Source: Yuukianura sp. NJ FZ-2021
Taxonomy: Eukaryota
NCBI GenBank assembly: GCA_046563655.1
Contig: CM102290.1
Coordinates: 15,252,001 to 15,274,664 of the forward strand
Length of the DNA: 22,664 nt
Reading direction: 5' to 3'
Made by a program: the position numbers and the translations under genes. How positions within the stretch are numbered: the first letter of the stretch is position 1; each line of letters opens with the position of its first letter. Below, piece after piece: positions 20,727 to 22,664 of this stretch. The notes beneath the pieces are model-generated. The model had not been told where the DNA came from. It saw nothing but the letters and a program-made list of their open reading frames with translations, and did not search any database.

Positions 20727-20913
20727 GTTCCCTTCAACTATTCAGTACTTCCTACCAGGAAACAACTTGTGGATTAAGCAATGAAGAGACGGTGACCTTT
20801 AAGTTGGACGACGTCGAGGTCAACGTAATGACAACTGGATGAGCGACTACTGCTGACAAGGAGGAATTCAAAGTGGAATCTGAGAACAGGGACTTCCACT
20901 TCACAGAGGAGTA

Positions 20914-21100
20914 ACAAATAACTCCACTGGTCCTTATTTATAACTTTTTCTTTTCTGAGTGCGGACCACGCCCGTGTAACAAAAATTCCGCCATAAAGTC
21001 ACTATCGGAGGCTAATACTCGGAAAAGAGTAGAAACTGCAGATAGAGTTATCTGATTCTTAGACACTCCTATGTTTTGTCTTGAGACAAAGTGCGGGAAC
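20914..21100 (+). repeat. Copy 3 (diverged) of the dispersed module, in a divergent promoter region
   Basis: CTTGAGACAAAGTGCGGGAAC (21080-21100) is identical to 9628-9648. Colinear upstream blocks GGCTAAT.CTCGGA, TTATCT, TTAGACACT, GTGCGGACC and TATTTAT are shared with 9425-9648. Confidence 0.8.
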
Positions 21101-21222
21101 CTAATTTAAATAGTAGTTTAAGTTGTTAGATTTAACAAATCTACAATTCACAATTCGATTACAAGAAAACAATTACTAAATTAATTAGTAATCAAGAATA
21201 ATTATCTGTTGCTTTGCTTCAG

Positions 21223-21934
21223 TTTGAATAACAACTTGTGCAACTGTTGTTATTCACTTGATCTGGACCTGGAGGATTAGTGGAGGAAGACTCGTCTCCA
21301 ATCAACTAAACGGTAACAATGTAACTTAAAAGGGAATCAGTTTTTACATGTGTTTTTATATCCTTAGGTCAGTTGGTTGTTAGCGATTAGTGACTCGGAC
21401 GACACTGACTTGGAGAACTTACAACTGGCCCTCAGCAGTCTCCTCAAGAACAACTTCCCACTTCAGACGAGTGAGTGCTGTGAGTGTTTCCCTGTCCACT
21501 TAGTACTTTTCAATCATCATAGTGTTTCGTTTGTTTTGTATTAGGTCTTTTACCGTTCAACCTCCAACCTCATCTCAATTGAACCGGTGGAGAACTCCAA
21601 AAGAAGAATGAGGATGATGGACCCACAGTAGAGGAGGATGACAACGGACAGAGTGACGACAGGAGCAGTGGAAGCGAATATGCGGTTGTCGGTAATTGTC
21701 ACAACCAATGAAGCTAAAGGAACTGGACGTTGTTATAAATTTGTCGCTGACTGTTGTGTTTTTTTTGAAGAGGGACTTTCTGTTTCATGTGGTGATGTGG
21801 ACCAAGTGATTGAGGAAGTTGTTGTGTCCGATGGTGAGAACATGAACAAGTCCAGAGGAAGAAGAGGCTGAAGATGCCGCCGTCAGTTAGCCATGCTTCT
21901 TTCGACGAGATTCACTTAGGAGTGCATTAGGAGT
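21223..21934 (+). pseudogene. Disrupted 5' exons of an unidentified acidic, low-complexity protein gene
   Basis: Canonical short introns 21313-21367, 21471-21544, 21692-21770. Reconstructed ..LNGQLVVSDSDDTDLENLQLALSSLLKNNFPLQTSLLPFNLQPHLN*TGGELQKKNEDDGPTVEEDDNG.. with a 7-bp duplication (21380-21393) and TGA at 21580. Confidence 0.5.
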
Positions 21935-21940
21935 AACCTA

Positions 21941-22347
21941 ATGTCAGACCGAGAAGATTTGCTCAGTCGTCGATTCACGCTAAATGACAACACGAGTATC
22001 AACATTGACTATTCCATCCAGCATCACAGTTCTCTCCAGGTTAGCTCATAACATCATAAACTACAAATCCCGCAGTGCCAAATAAAATGTCACTTTACCA
22101 GAACGCCCACCGTGGAATCGATGACATGCTGTCGCTGGGATACCAAATACTTGGGAATTTGCGTGATCAGGAGTCCATCCTGAAGCAAACGAAGACAAGG
22201 ATTCTAAACTTTACAAACACTCTGGGACTATCTAACACCGTGATGCAGTTCATAGAACGCCGTGCATACCAAGACAAGTTTGTTCTCTACGGTGAGATGC
22301 TTCTCACACTAACCATCATGTTTTTCATTTACATGTACTTTCTCTAG
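21941..22347 (+). pseudogene. GOSR2: C-terminal half of Golgi SNAP receptor complex member 2 (membrin); N-terminal domain missing
   Basis: Exons 21941-22039 and 22102-22347: DREDLLSRRFTLNDNTSINIDYSIQHHSSLQ/NAHRGIDDML..ILGNLRDQ..LGLSNTVMQFIERRAYQDKFVLYGEMLLTLTIMFFIYMYFL*. This is a Qb-SNARE motif plus transmembrane tail. Confidence 0.85.
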
Positions 22348-22555
22348 ACCTTTCTCCCAACTTCATCTGCGATTCATGTCCCTAACTTCTAAGCTTATTA
22401 AATCATATCGTCCGTTTTCCTAAAATACGAGAGGATCTACCGGAGAGAAGAAGTGATTAGAATTAGTTGGATATTTCGTTTTAATCAAAGATACCTCGCC
22501 ATGCCATCCACTGAAGTTTAATGGAAACTAGTGTTTAATTAGTAATTGAAGTACA

Positions 22556-22664
22556 CTATGGTCCAGCGGGGGCATGAGGGGCAGAGGTTCTTATGATGTC
22601 AGAGTCACGAGGATCCGTGATGGAGAGGGTGCAGACTCGGAAGTACTTTCCACAGGCAGTCCCT
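22556..22664 (-). CDS. RPL30: 60S ribosomal protein L30, C-terminal end (partial; possibly pseudogenic)
   Basis: [35 protein letters not shown] matches the eL30 C-terminus GTACGKY.RVCTL.I.DPGDSDIIR. Runs off the window edge. Confidence 0.85.
   Translation of the reverse strand, partial: GTACGKYFRVCTLSITDPRDSDIIRTSAPHAPAGP

Noticed and set aside
9769..21934. Stop-codon reassignment, selenocysteine or programmed frameshifting explaining the broken genes
   Set aside because: The stops replace different expected residues (Arg, Gly, Tyr, a hydrophobic residue), TGA terminates PI3K normally, and the frameshifts are heterogeneous indels accompanied by large truncations.
9769..22347. Sequencing or assembly error as the cause of the frameshifts
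   Set aside because: Most lesions are multi-base duplications, deletions or nonsense changes rather than homopolymer slips, and the adjacent 7.6 kb shows no lesion. Not formally excluded without reads.
1..22664. tRNA, rRNA or snRNA genes; species assignment
   Set aside because: No RNA gene was recognised by eye. Gene content suggests an arthropod, but the species cannot be determined from this window.

Overview
Eukaryotic, intron-rich DNA (mostly 55-110 bp introns), probably arthropod. The window has two sharply different halves. 1-7.7 kb holds two intact, convergent genes: a class II PI3-kinase (5' end outside the window; one intron is filled by two nested palindromic MITE-like elements) and a CDF/SLC30 zinc transporter with an atypical metal site. 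A pair of ~175-200 bp inverted repeats (8264-9692) follows. Everything after it is a 'gene graveyard' of intron-retaining but broken copies of housekeeping genes: a full-length PPWD1 pseudogene (about 10 frameshifts, 2 stops), an MCM5 fragment wedged between ~50-bp minisatellite arrays, a minus-strand deletion chimera of a painting-of-fourth-like RRM gene, HYOU1 and CTDNEP1/dullard, a plus-strand chimera of an unidentified gene and GOSR2, and the C-terminus of RPL30. The lesions are dominated by 5-9 bp tandem duplications and deletions. A related non-coding module ending in an E2F-like site occurs three times, each upstream of a gene start. Gene identities come from my recognition of hand-spliced translations; no database search was run.
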